Assembly: GCF_009914755.1 (NCBI RefSeq)
Contig: NC_060944.1
Direction: 5' to 3' (one strand)
Source of the DNA: the human T2T-CHM13v2.0 reference genome, Homo sapiens
DNA length: 64,000 bases
The first letter of the stretch is position 1. Each line of letters opens with the position of its first letter. Positions 1 through 14,042 of this stretch are shown one piece after another. The notes under the pieces were generated by a model that saw only the letters and a list, made by a program, of their open reading frames with translations, was not told the origin of the DNA and did not search any database. A program made the translations under genes and the position numbers.

Positions 1-56
1 TCATTAAAGGCTTACTTTATATAAACAATGTTTTAAAAACACTGAGAAAGATGCCA

Positions 57-355
<299 letters not shown>

Positions 356-1495
356 GATTCCAATAACAAGGTGTATAAATAAAAATGACTATTGTGGTTC
401 ATGTTATAAGGGCCTCATCACGTGGAGCTGGACTCTTCATTCTGACAACTTCCACCATAGAGCAAAATGCATGTGGAGATATTTTTAAGCACAATGAACA
501 ATTCCTATTCAACTGCTGTCCACCATCTTGTGGGAAAGAACTGCCAGGTACATTTCAGGACACAGGAAATTCAGTGAGGTTTTCATCCCATCAGTATTTT
601 CAAAACATTTATGGGATGCCAAGAGCTTCAAGTGCCACATAATCCCACGTGGAAAGCACTGCTCCAACGGGACCACTCTGCACATAAAGAAAAGCATTTC
701 TTTTCACGATATACTTAAGACATCCATTCATGAGTTAAGAAAGGAGGGTAACTCCAGTCTAACTTCAACATTTAAAAAAGCTATCCTTCATTTTCTTTCA
801 AGGGTTGCCTTTCTTCACAGCAATATCAAAGCCTACCAGAACTTTACTTCCACCAATCATCACGGAATGTAACTCTGTACATACACCATGCAGACTATCA
901 GGAAGCTTACTGAGAAAATCACAAAGACAAGGAATCTTCACTAGAATCCCAACAGATCCTAAAATGAGACTATTTCAACAATCAAGCGAGGGCCCAGGGA
1001 CAGCATTTCAGCCAGATCACAGGTGTAATATACATGTGTCGCGGGGCCACCAGAACCACCTCTCTAATAGGTGATATGACACAGGCATTCAGAAAGGTGT
1101 TCAAACAAGTCTTTTATTCTGTTAAAACACATTTTAAAGTCATAAAATGCATGGGTGAAATTTTAAATACTATTCTAAGCATATCAATTTCTTTCCACTT
1201 AAAGAGATTATGCCATTAATCCTATTGCATAGTACATTTCCATTCATAATTGATAACTATTAGAGAGTTAATCATTTCAGGTTTAGTGGATAAAATCTTA
1301 CACATGCAGCCCGTAATGAATGCAAAGGCTGACAAGAGGTTGATGTAAACGAGGGACTGGCTAACTCATTCAAAGCTTTACTTAGCACTTATTTACTCAA
1401 ATCAATAGCATGAGTGAGAAAATTGTCTCATTAAGATCTAGAAATAGATGCCATTACTCAAAGAAAATTATCCATAAATCTCAGAAAAACCCAAC

Positions 1496-1671
1496 CTGAT
1501 TCCCTTGAGCAAGCAGCGTTTTCAGTCTGGCTATTTCAGCTCGCAGCTCACGGATAAGTTTGACGTTGGCATCCTCATTAATGGTAGGCTTGTTGATGAT
1601 GTTTTTGGCTCTATTTGCATAGCGAAGAGTACTTAGGGTTTCTCCATAATTGACATCAGCAGGTGAAATGG
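1496..1671 (-). CDS. KIF16B: KIF16B coding exon 10 (176 nt; (T)[24 protein letters not shown]...LLAQGNQ), helix 6, neck linker and neck coil
   Basis: cacag|CC ATT TCA...AAT CAG|gttggg; [13 protein letters not shown] motif; lies within ORF 1481..1714. Confidence 0.98.
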
Positions 1672-2256
1672 CTGTGAAGAATGTATTCAAAAAATAATTT
1701 ATCCAGCACTCCATGTTCCATTTAACACAAAGTTGGTTTGTAATTTAAAAGTCAGATTAACCCCAGGTCATTGGAGAGACTAAATATTCATTGCCACAGT
1801 AATGAATATGAAAAATTATCTAACATTTCTAGGAAAGAGTGTTCACAATACAAAATTAAGTGTCATTTTGCTCTTCTCAAATCTAGAATCAACCACCTAA
1901 CCAAGTCTAAAATGAGATATGAGACATTCCCCTATAGTTAGGTAGTTTTCCCTGCTGAAAACGTAAGAAGAAGGTTTAAAGACTATTTGTCATCTCAACA
2001 TTAAGTAGGAATTCAAATACTTTTAAAAGTTCTGGCAAAGTCTACTGTCTGGAAAAAAAAACAGAATATGATAAGTTTTGAAAAGGGTCACAAATCTATC
2101 CATTCTCTTCTTAAAGCTTGGTTAATCTTACCCACCTCCACCACTACCACTCAACTTTAAGGATTAGGTGACTATACAAATGCATGTGGGTGTACAAACC
2201 AGGGTAAATCCCGTGGCTCCATAGTTAGCACATGGCATGAAGCATGGGAAGGGCAT

Positions 2257-2303
2257 GAAGAGAGGGGAAGGGAAGAGGAAAGAGAGGAAGAGGGAGGGGA
2301 AAG
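2257..2303 (+). repeat. Polypurine (GA-rich) low-complexity tract in intron 9
   Basis: About 47 consecutive purines: gaagagaggggaagggaagaggaaagagaggaaggggagggggaaag. Confidence 0.8.
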
Positions 2304-2845
2304 TAGAGTCAGAAGGGAAACAAGTCCTGACTTCTCCCAAACAATTATCTCCCCTTTCTACGTTTTTTTCTCTATTCTGCTTCTTTCAATTATTGGCTGA
2401 AATACTGACATAAAGTATACTGCTGTTACCATTATTTGTTTTATGCATTGGGTTTTTTTTTCCCCTCCCAATTCTTACTTTTAAATTCCGCATTTACTGC
2501 CTTAAATAAAAAAACAAAGTTGGGTTATTTTGACCTTGTGTTCCTATGATTTTTCTCCTATGAGGTAAATTTCTACCTTGCACTTTAAGCAAAGAAAAGC
2601 TGGAAAGTCTTCGTGCATGTTATCACAGCTTCCAAAATATGGCAAGGTGGTATAACAGTTAATGATGATACTATAGACTGGATCATAGCAGGATCATAGG
2701 AGGTGATTTTCCTCAAGATAGAAAAACCATTACTTTTTTAAGATGTAAAAGGTGCTATTTCCTAATAAGACACTTTAAACTTAAATATTTACAGTTAATT
2801 CACAGAAAATATTGTATGCTCAGAAAAGTAACTTAAAACTCTTAC

Positions 2846-2977
2846 TGGCAATCATGATAGTTTTAGAGTTTCCTCCAAGGCTATCTTTTAACAACCAAGT
2901 CAACACAGAATCCCTGTAAGGCACGAAAACTTGCTTCTTCTTTGCAAGAGTATTTGCAGCATCCTGAGATAAATCAG
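2846..2977 (-). CDS. KIF16B: KIF16B coding exon 9 (132 nt; (A)[43 protein letters not shown])
   Basis: tcatag|CT GAT...GCC A|gtaaga; loop-12 KKK (short kinesin-3 K-loop) followed by VPYRDS.LT.LL.DSLGG; the preceding intron is only 168 nt. Confidence 0.97.
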
Positions 2978-3145
2978 CTATGAAAAGGAAGAAACAAAGG
3001 GGAGAAAGGACAATTAGTAAAATTTTTTTTCCTCTACTTTTGCTTCATAAAACCTTGAAGAAATTACCTCAGTTTGCAACCCAAATATTACACATGAGGA
3101 AAAAGAGGAGGAAACAGAGGAGGCAGGAGCCAGGCGTAAGCATAC

Positions 3146-3314
3146 CTAAGGCAGAAATGACGTTCCCCAGAGTCACGAGGGACTTGTTAATATTTCCCCC
3201 TTCCTTTAGCCTAACCCCGGTGGCTCCGGTGGCATCTGCACGCTCACTTCCGGCAAGATCAACCAAGTGGATCTTACTGACGGTTTCACATGGCATTTCA
3301 GAATCAAATTTAGC
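3146..3314 (-). CDS. KIF16B: KIF16B coding exon 8 (169 nt; [25 protein letters not shown]...[16 protein letters not shown]), switch II
   Basis: cacag|GCT AAA...TTA G|gtatgc; DLAGSER and INKSL motifs. Confidence 0.98.
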
Positions 3315-3902
3315 CTGTGGTAAAATAAAAAAGTAAAATTGAAGAGGTGCAAAGGGCCCTGATGTTGTTGATGATATGAATTCTAACTATTTTCTGCTCC
3401 TCACTGAGATCTCTCAGGGTAGATATTTTTCAATTTTATTGTTTTACTGGCCTTCCTACTGATTACAGAAACTTCTCAAATTTAATCCAATGCAAAAGAA
3501 GTTACTGTATATGATTCTTAAACTTTCTAAAGAAGCATTTCATTCTCAACCAAGCCCTGCTGAATCAGGCTGTGGCAGAACAGAAAACTAGGCACTGAGT
3601 GGCACTCAGCAGAGAAATGTAAGTAAGCAAATAATAATTTTTATTCTCATCTAGAATCCCAGCCTTCCAAGAACAAAAGCTTTCCAAAATATGATCAATA
3701 TAGACAAGTACGGAAAAGAGCATTCAACCATTATCGGATGTTAAAACATCTTGTTGCACAAATTATTTCTTTTAATGTAAAATCTTAAATACTATATTCC
3801 TCGCTTCTGAATTCTACCAAAATTTTATATTCACAAATACTTCTGATCTATGTGTTACATTTTGAACCAAAATGCGCCCCCCGCCAGATTACTATATTTT
3901 TA

Positions 3903-4238
<336 letters not shown>

Positions 4239-5081
4239 ATTAGAGATGGTAATATGCTAATCAAGCACTAACCAGAAAGCAGGAGAAAAACCAATCAACT
4301 TGAGTAAATCTAAAGGAAAGGTCTAACAGAAGATTAAGATGTGGAGAATTTAATGCAAGTTGTTCTGACTGGCCTTAGAAAACTCATTTTTGTGCTCTTT
4401 GATCTCCCTCATTAATAAAATGCTGCCTCTTTGTATCTGATGTGTCCAACTGTTAACCCAGATAAGGACATCCCCAAGCTCCTAGCATATACTTAGACCC
4501 TGACAGGACCCTACATTTTTGCATTCATCTATTCTACTGGCCTCAGTGTTCAAATATTTACCCTCAATAATTTCCACAGATGTTCAAGATGCTCTCCACC
4601 TCTTGATCATAATGAATTCTTACATTAGTACTTATAAATATTCGCTGCCCTTTAATATCATTCTAATAATCATCATCAACACGGCAAGATGAGTGCCATG
4701 GAGCGGTAATGAACTGCACTGAGTTACTCACCTTGGCTTCCAGCTGGTCTGACTCGCAATCCATTATATCCCACAGAGTTTGCAACAATGAAAACTTTTG
4801 CTTAATTAAGCACAGAGCAAGTTGTTTTATGTCTAGAACAGGGTGGAAGCCTTCTAAGTATTTCTTAAGGGTACACATCAGGATATTTCAAATTACTGTG
4901 ATTGTAACCACAGAGAAACTCAGCGCACAGCACATGTTCAACTCTAATTAACAAGAAAATGACAGTCAGTCACCTTTACCTGCTGCTGCTCCTGGTTCAA
5001 CAATGATCAGTCCTCAGCTGGTGCTAATCAGCAAGTAAAGACCTCAGGGATGGAGCCAGCTGGTCCCGCAGCAGCCCTTAC

Positions 5082-5224
5082 CTGAGTGAACTTGATGGTG
5101 AAGATGGCATGAGACCTGCTACTGACGTCGTTCATCCCAGTCGCTGCGGTGGTCCGGTTGATATTGCCCGCATCCATAAGTTCTTCTACGTCACCATAAT
5201 TCTGTACTAAATGTTTGGATAAAT
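5082..5224 (-). CDS. KIF16B: KIF16B coding exon 7 (143 nt; (D)[47 protein letters not shown]), switch I
   Basis: ttcag|AT TTA...ACT CAG|gtaagg; NxxSSRSH switch I; lies within ORF 5028..5345. Confidence 0.98.
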
Positions 5225-5514
5225 CTGAAAAAGAAAATGGAAGGGGTGAAGAAATCCCCCTAATATATAGGAAATGGAATACAAAATTACCCTCTATGAA
5301 ATAATACACAACTCCAAAATCTGCTGACCTGTCTGAAGACCTCACTTGTCTCTCTAGGGTGGTGGTATGTAATGCAGACCTGGGAGCTGGGTGGCTGGGG
5401 CCGAATCCCAGCTCTGCTGCTTACTAGCCGTGGACTTACATAGTTATGGACAAACTGCTTCACCTCACTGTGCCTCAGTTACCTCACGTGATCATGTGTA
5501 CCTACCACATAGGG

Positions 5515-5858
5515 CCACGGTCCCCAACTTTTTCAGCACCAGAGATCGGTTTCATGGAAGGCCATTTTTCCACAGATAGGGGTAGGGGGAACAGATTCGG
5601 GATGAAATTGTTCCACACCTCAGATGATAAGGCATTGGTTATATTCTCATTAGGAGCACACAACCTAGATCCCTCACACGTGCAGTTCAGAATAGGGCTC
5701 ATGCTCCTATGAGAATCTAATGCCACCACTGATCTGACAGGAGGCAGAGCTCAGATAGTAACGCTTGCTCCCTGGCTGTTCACCTCCTACTGTGCGACCC
5801 ACTTCCTAACAGGCCATGGACCAGTACCAGTCTGCAGCCCGGGGGTTAGAGGCCTCTG
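5515..5858. mobile_element. MER1B-like hAT-Charlie MITE inserted in a MIR remnant
   Basis: GGTCCCCAAC...GGGGGTT.G.GGCCTCTG terminal repeats; 8-bp TSD acataggg (5507-5514)/acatacgg (5859-5866). Confidence 0.85.
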
Positions 5859-5994
5859 ACATACGGTATTTAAAAAAAGGTTAGCTATTATATTATCATC
5901 AACCTCATTCACATTAGTCATAGCACATACAAGAAAAATGCAAAAGCACTGCCTTCATGCAAAACCCAAAAGTGTTTTTTAAATCATTTTAACA

Positions 5995-7330
5995 AATTAT
6001 TTTATTAACTTTTTTGGAACATTCATATGGTTCTAAAGTCAAAGGCTACACAGTTACACTGTGTAAAAGGTCCCCCGTCCCTATGCTATAGCTCCCCACT
6101 TCCCCTTCTGTCAGGGAACCAAATGTTACATACCCTTCTAGAAATAACCTATACATACACAAGCAATCATATTTATATATAATTATCTTTTTCCCCTTAC
6201 ATACAAATGGTAGCATACAATAAGCATTAGTTTGTACCCTGCTTTTAAATGGATTAATACATTAAAGAACATTCTGTATCAGTTAAGGTGTTTCCTCATT
6301 CATTTTTAAGGCTGCAGGGGATTGGATCATATGCATGTACCACGACCAATTTAACCATGGAGACTACAGCAGTTGTTCATATTTTGTTTCCAATTATGAG
6401 TAATGCTGCTACAAATCACCTTGCACATAAGTCTTTTCAAATGCCTGTGAATGTTTATACAGAATAAATTCTTAGAGGTGGAATTTCTAGACAGTTGAAA
6501 TTTTGATAACTATTGCAAAATTGTTCTCCATAGAGGGCAATTTACACCCAGCAGTAGCAAGGTATAAGAGTGCTTGTCTCCCAAAACCCTCCACAATACA
6601 GTCTTATCAGGATTATTTACATCTGCCAAAGATGGGTGACAAATGTTACCTCCAAGTATTCTTATTTTGTTTTTCTTTTACTATGAGTGAAATGCTAAGC
6701 ATTCCTTCCTGCATTTAAAAATCATCTGTATTTCCGTTTCTACAAACAGCCTAGTCATACATATTCTTTGTTCATTTTTCTACTGGTTGTTGAATCTGTC
6801 CTTACTGATTTATAGGAGCTCTTTATATAGTAGGAAAATTAGTCCTTTGTCTAAAACTTGAATTCAAAATATTTTTCCTATTTTGTAATTAAGCTTTTTA
6901 CTTTGCTTACAGTGTTTCTGTCAAGTATGATGTTTTATTTTGCTATTCTTTGTTTAACCATTTCAAATTTAACATTGTTTATTTTATAGTTTCTGAGTTT
7001 TAAGTCAGGTTTTTAAAAGCCTTCTTTCCTCCAGGTTTCCGGGAAAAAAATTAACCCACGGATTTTTATAGTCATTTTATTATTTAATATTTTTGCACTT
7101 AAATCTTCAATCTAGTTACCATTTATCCTGGTGTAAAACTGAGTTGTGGTGCCAATTTACTTTTTTTTCCTCCTACACAGCTTAATAATCCCTCTAATAA
7201 TTTCCCTAAGGTTTGAATAGCACATTGATTATAAACTAAATTCCCCTAAGTATCTAGGTCAGATTCTGGATGTTTGCTCTGTTTTGCTATTCTATCTCTT
7301 CATACACCAGTTTTATATGTTTTAACATGT
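5995..7330 (-). mobile_element. Old L1M (L1ME-like) 3' fragment
   Basis: T-rich, degenerate antisense L1 ORF2/3'UTR phrases (gccaaattgttctcca..aatttacac..cagcagt..ataagagt). Boundaries approximate. Confidence 0.6.
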
Positions 7331-7493
7331 GATAAGACACTTGTCAGAAAACATGAAGGCATGAGTTAGGCTAAAAACTCTTAACAGTAATAGCTATACC
7401 ACACACCACAGAACAACTACATACTGGCACACCCTGCTTTGCTTTGGGCATACAAGGCAAAAGCTTAAGTGGAAATTTATTAAAATACAGATG

Positions 7494-7787
7494 GGCCGGG
7501 CGTGGTGGCTCACACCTGTAATCCCAGCACATTGGGAAGCCGAGGCAGGTGGATCATGAGGTCAGGAGTTCAAGACCAGCCTGGCCAAGATGGTGAAACC
7601 CTGTCTCTACTAAAAATACAAAAATTAGCCAGGTGTGGTGGCAGGCGCCTGTAATCCCTGCTACTGGGGAGGCTGAGGCAGAGAATTGCTTGAACCCAGG
7701 AGACAGAGGTTGCCATGAGCTGAGATCACACCACTGCACTCCAGCCTGGGCGACAGAGCAAGACTCCGTCCCAAAAGATAAAAAAAG
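7494..7787 (+). mobile_element. Alu (AluSg/Sc-like)
   Basis: Full dimer; TSD aatacagatg on both sides. Confidence 0.95.
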
Positions 7788-8541
7788 GAATACAGATGGG
7801 GTCCTGTTGTTATATCTGGTATCTCCCAGGAAAAGAAGACAACCAAAACCAGGAAGAACTTTAAACCTGTAACCAGTTCTGTCCTGCATCCACAAAGACA
7901 TAAATGAAGAACATGAAAGCACATCTCTATGTGCGATTCCTGCAGTCCAGCCATTCTAAGTTGCCTTATACAGAGGTGGTAAGATCAGCTTCATTATGAG
8001 GACAGTTTTAAATCCAGCCGATTCTTAAATAATTAGCAAAGGCCAATCCTGTACTCATCATTGCTTGTGGCATTCCTCACAACTGACTGTGCCACAACGA
8101 GCGTATCACAACACAGATGCTGAAACCCACAGAGGAAATCCTCCAAACACACTTCCGAAGACGCAAGAGGTTCAGAATATCTTTATTGTCATATATCACC
8201 ATTAGGGTCAGTAAAGATACACTGCAAAAATGCAATGCCATTTAGAGAGACAGATTGCAGGTTTGCTTACCTTGCCTTACATTTGGAAAAGAAAATTCCA
8301 GAGATTTCTTAAAGACAGAGGAAATCTATTGGTAAGCCTCATAAAATCAACGGATGGCCAGTGAAGTATAAATTCACTAACGGAACATCATGTAGTGACA
8401 GCTCATGACATTCTTACTATAATAAAATTCCAAAATTAAATAAATTTTTAAAAGCTCACCATTATGCTATATTTTTTCATTGAAAGTGTTATTTTTACAT
8501 AGATCACAAAAAGAATATGGCTGTGAAATATCTACTCTTAC

Positions 8542-8651
8542 CCTCAACATAAGGGCCTTCTTTGGGATGCTCACGGACTCTCAAATTGAAGGTTTTAGAT
8601 GACTTCCGCCGAAGTAGATCTCTCACACGTTCGTTATAAATTTCTAAGTAG
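8542..8651 (-). CDS. KIF16B: KIF16B coding exon 6 (110 nt; (S)[36 protein letters not shown])
   Basis: ttttag|C TAC TTA GAA...GAG G|gtaaga; YLEIYNE.VRDLL and REHP motifs; phase 2/1. Confidence 0.97.
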
Positions 8652-8792
8652 CTAAAAATTTAAAATAAAATTGAATTCAGAAAAATGATTTCAGACATTA
8701 ATATCAGTAACAACACATAACAGCAGCAACCTGCTGACATAAATGGCCACAGCAGCAGTTACCATTTATGAGTGGTGACTGTGTATCAGGTA

Positions 8793-9470
<678 letters not shown>

Positions 9471-9949
9471 CCTATATTGCCATGTCTGCCCTTGAAACTA
9501 CCGAAGAGATTGGCTCCCCTCACAGGTTTAATTTCAAGGAGGAAAAAGCACCTCAACCACTCAGATTTACTTGTAGATTAGATTTATAATGATCCAACCA
9601 ACACAAAGAATAATATAAACCTTACTAAGCTAAAAGAATGAAGCAAGTAATTGGTATACACTTAAAAGTCAGAAGCTCACTCCATTTGAGATGAACATCC
9701 CACATTAGTTTCTGCCCAAGCTGTTATTTCTGCCAGCTCCCAAATCTTTATCCAAACTGTACCCAAGAAAATCACTAAAAACTTATGTGTTTTAAGCTTT
9801 ATCCCCAAACCATAATCACAGGAGGGGAAAAGGGAAGACTTTTTCTTTAGGAATCTAAAGACCTTATCCATTTCCAGCACCTAAATGCAGGCCAACCAGC
9901 ATTGACTCTAATCAAGCTCACACACAGTTACCCAGGCCACAGGCCCTAC

Positions 9950-10047
9950 CTGACTTCAGTTCGAAAAGAAGCTTCATCCCATCTGGTGGTTTCATTTATC
10001 CGACTGAAGAGTCCTTCACAGATCCGAGGTATTAAGCCAGAATCTCC
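9950..10047 (-). CDS. KIF16B: KIF16B coding exon 5 (98 nt; GDSGLIPRICEGLFSRINETTRWDEASFRTEV(S))
   Basis: atgcag|GGA GAT...GTC AG|gtaggg; kinesin GLIPR motif; phase 0/2. Confidence 0.96.
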
Positions 10048-10500
10048 CTGCATGGGAAAGACCAATGTCACAGCTGTCACTCAAAATAAAAGCAACTGAT
10101 GACTGAATTTGCAATTTGCTGGCATGAAGTTAGACTCAAGTGACCTGTATGCCAACCCCTGGCCTACCACAGCCCACGCCATATACCCCCTCCAGGGCTG
10201 CTTTCTACTCTCTGAAATGAGATGATTGAGCCTTCTGATTTATACAGGCTGGGACTCTGATAATATACGGTTATCAGTTGTTAGTTAAATCATGGCTTAC
10301 AAACAAGGAAACTTAATTTCTAACATTTAAATAAGACAGTTTATAACTGTACAATAAATGTTAAAAATACATGCTCAAATGACCAAGGTAGGTGAAATAC
10401 ACACCAGGCAAAAAAACACCAAGAAAAACTTAGCAATCCCCACGGTAGTTAATAATTGCCTTAAAAACTTAGGTAACAAGACCACATTAAAATCCATGCT

Positions 10501-10869
<369 letters not shown>

Positions 10870-11731
10870 TTAATACACCATATTATTTATACAATGTGGG
10901 TATAACGTTCAATAATGTTCATGTTTCAGTCAACCTTAAAAAGCTGATGAACCTCAGAATATAGTAAAAATCAGGCAAAATGATCTTGCTAGGAAACCAA
11001 GGCAGAGCATCAATGCTTTATTCACATGTTCCCTCCCTACCTTCACTCAACCCCCACACCCAAAAAAATAAAAGAAAGCATGACTGTGTTCAGAGATTGT
11101 TTTTTCTTTGTACCATTAAATCAGTACTAATTCTTAACAAGGAAAAATGAGTCTTACGTCGTATTTTTGGTTCTTACTTTAAAATGAAGAAAGGATACCC
11201 AAGCAGCACTCAACTATAAGATTGGAGAAAAACACTTGTAATTTGTGAGTGCTTTATAAATGTTTGACTTACATAAAATAGTTACTAGGGAATCAACATA
11301 CAAATTTCACTTTTGGAAGTTTTGTTTTTTTTTTCCAAAGGCACAGTAGGAAAGGAGGAAGTGAGAAGTAATGATAAAAGGAAATGTGAAACTCTCGAAA
11401 TTAGCTGTTTGTTCCTCTCATTTGTTCTTCCCTTTTCGGAGAAGACTTCCCGAACAGCACTTACTGACTTCTTGTGTAAAGGAAGAGCCTGGATGTAAGC
11501 AGTGAGGTTACATGTCCTGAAATAATTTATTCTGGAAAGATCTGTCTTCTAACACACGACTTCCATGAACCTCCAAACCTTCAGCATTACAGACACCACA
11601 TGTGTGCCAGCAGGAAGCCCTCAATCATCTTCCACTAGTGTCTCTACATCTCAAAAATGCCACAGGTTTGGCAGGCAATGAACAGAGCTCTCACTAAGAA
11701 ATAAGAAAAAAAAAAAAAAAAAAAAAAAACA

Positions 11732-12007
11732 GGCCAGGCACAGTGGCTCACGCCTGTAATCCCAGCACTTTGGGAGGCCGAGGCAGGCGGGTCATCTAAG
11801 GTCAGAAGTTCGAGACCAGCCTCGCCAACATGGTGAAACCCCGTCTCTACTAAAAATACAAAAATTAGCAGGGCGTGGTGGTGCACACCTGTAATCTACT
11901 TGGGAGGCTGAGGCAGGAGAATCACTTGAAACCAGGAGGCAGAGCTTGCAGCGAGCTGAGATCGCACCACTGCCCTCTAGCCTGGGCGACGGAGTGAGAT
12001 TCCATCT

Positions 12008-12040
<33 letters not shown>
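11732..12040 (+). mobile_element. Alu (AluS-like) with long A runs on both sides
   Basis: Dimer with a ~30-nt A tail, preceded by an A24 run at 11706-11729. Confidence 0.95.
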
Positions 12041-12671
12041 AAACAGAAGAATGATCTAAATCTGGAGAAAACACAGAACAAGAAAGTTCTTGCAATAATT
12101 CCTAGTTTTTACTCCTCTGTATTTTGGGGCAAGTATAACATTAATATCAGTTAACTTACATAGCTTATAAAACTGCATACGGTGTGTTTATAAATATGTA
12201 AATTATATAAACTATATAATTCTAACTTTTTAATGTATTTTCAGGATTTATGTAGTACCTTTCTATCAAAGAGTTAGAATTTTTTTTACATTTTTCTTGG
12301 GGAAAAATGTTTTGAATAATTTTAAAAAGAACAGACTTCAGTAATTTTATTCAAACTGTTGTGTTGGCAGAAAAGAAGAATAAATTACTTACGGGCCCAA
12401 CACACTTTTTTGATAAGATTATAAGGCCTTTAAAAACAGAAAATGAGCAGGGACTTGCATCCATTATTCATGCTTATATACTTAAAACTATTTCTAATTT
12501 AAAATCTCTCAAAGGAAATTTAGTCCAACTTATTACTGAGTTTTATCTTATTACTAAAGAATAATCAGAACATGAAAAGTTAGTACAGACCAAATAGATA
12601 AAAGAGATCATTCTACCAGTCCAGAGAAAGATAATGAGAAATTTCCTTCCCACACAGTATAAACAACGTAC

Positions 12672-12788
12672 AGAATTTCCCATCATAGTGTATGACTTTC
12701 CAGATCCAGTTTGCCCATATGCAAAGACACAAGCATTATAACCTTCAAATGCAGACTTCACGACATCTGTGCCGAGGGTTTTGAAAAC
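12672..12788 (-). CDS. KIF16B: KIF16B coding exon 4 (117 nt; [39 protein letters not shown]), P-loop
   Basis: ttcag|GTT TTC...AAT TCT|gtacgt; Walker A GQTGSGKS; lies within ORF 12543..12821. Confidence 0.98.
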
Positions 12789-13863
12789 CTGAAAGCCAAA
12801 AAGAACACACAAAAGATACAATTATCATAGATTTTAATAATAGCCCCTTCAGTGTTGACAATGTTCTTGAATGATACTTTCAGCTCTTAAGGATTAGACC
12901 ATATAAATAAATCACTGCAGAACCATTCACAACAACATATGTAGACACCACAGTTTTTAATCAAAAATAAACTTTTTAAGCAAACAAAAAGCAGCCCCAT
13001 CCTCTTTCCTACTTAAGTTTACCAAAAAATATCATGAAGTATAAAAATGTAAACAAGGCAAAGTGAAAATCATGTTTAGAAGCAAAGACTATTTTAAAGC
13101 ATGATGATTAGCCATTCAGAATTATATAAATATATAAAGCTATTCATTCTATCAGAGTTTCCAGAAACAAAATACTCAAAACCTGAAGGTCACAGAAATT
13201 ACTGCCCAAGCCAAGCCAAATCAATGCCATCATTTTAAGGGTCCAGCTAGTCATCAAAATCAACCTCTGCAGGTGCTCATGCAGCTGAGTGACGGGTGGC
13301 TGTAGATGAGGATGGGGTGCTGGGCTCCCCCATGTCAGTGTCCAGATGCTTTTTCCTATTTGGACATTTGCCCAGGATGGAGAGGGCAGGGAGACAAGCT
13401 GTGTGGGGCTGGGGTGGGGGTCACACACATGGCCTGAATCCACGTCCGATGTTCCATATAATTACAGTTTGGGTAGTGAAAGGAGGTGAAGTACAAATGC
13501 TTCACCCAGACAACTGATGGTAAATGAAGGAAATCAAGGTTCAAAGTCTTAGTTATAGCCAGCTGGAAACAGACAACAAAAGCTTTCATGTAGTCTCCTG
13601 TCCTCTCAGCCCAGCACACTAAGGGCACATAAAGCATCTCCCTGCTTCAAAAAGTAGGCACAACAGCAGCTGAGGAGATGCCAAACAAGGAAGCTCTGTC
13701 AGCTCCAGATGAAGGGCTCCTCTGTGGTGTCACCAACGTCCAAGGTGGGGCCTCAGCATCCCTACAGGAGCATTCGGTCTATGAGTGACACCACATCAGC
13801 CAACTCATGGGACCCAGACGGATCAACCAAATAGTCATCTCCAGCTACTGCCAAATCAAGAGC

Positions 13864-14042
13864 AGCAGGTCTCAAACTTTGCAGCCCATTACAATCACTT
13901 GGGAGGCTTTGAAAAGTCCAATGGCCAGGCCAGTAACCCAGCCCAGTGAAATATGAATCTAAGGGGGTGTGAACCTAGGAATCCATATTCTTCTAAACTC
14001 CCTATGTGATTTCAAAGCGTGGCAACATTTGAGGAGTAACCT
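13864..14042. mobile_element. MER5A-like hAT MITE
   Basis: tctcaaactt...aatcacttggga.gcttt..aaa...gaatct..ggg.gtg..acctaggaatc...aaactccc..gtgatt pattern. Confidence 0.65.

Noticed and set aside
2257-2303. Purine tract as a functional triplex or G-quadruplex element
   Set aside because: Mirror symmetry is imperfect and such tracts are common; recorded only as low-complexity sequence.
4980-5081. Alternative exon 7 donor CAG|GTAAAG giving a 102-nt in-frame extension
   Set aside because: The extension contains an in-frame TGA (5028-5030), and the proximal donor CAG|GTAAGG is closer to consensus.
8271-8307. 37-nt pseudo-exon with donor AAG|GTAAGC in intron 6
   Set aside because: Weak AAG acceptor and very short; such site pairs are common by chance.
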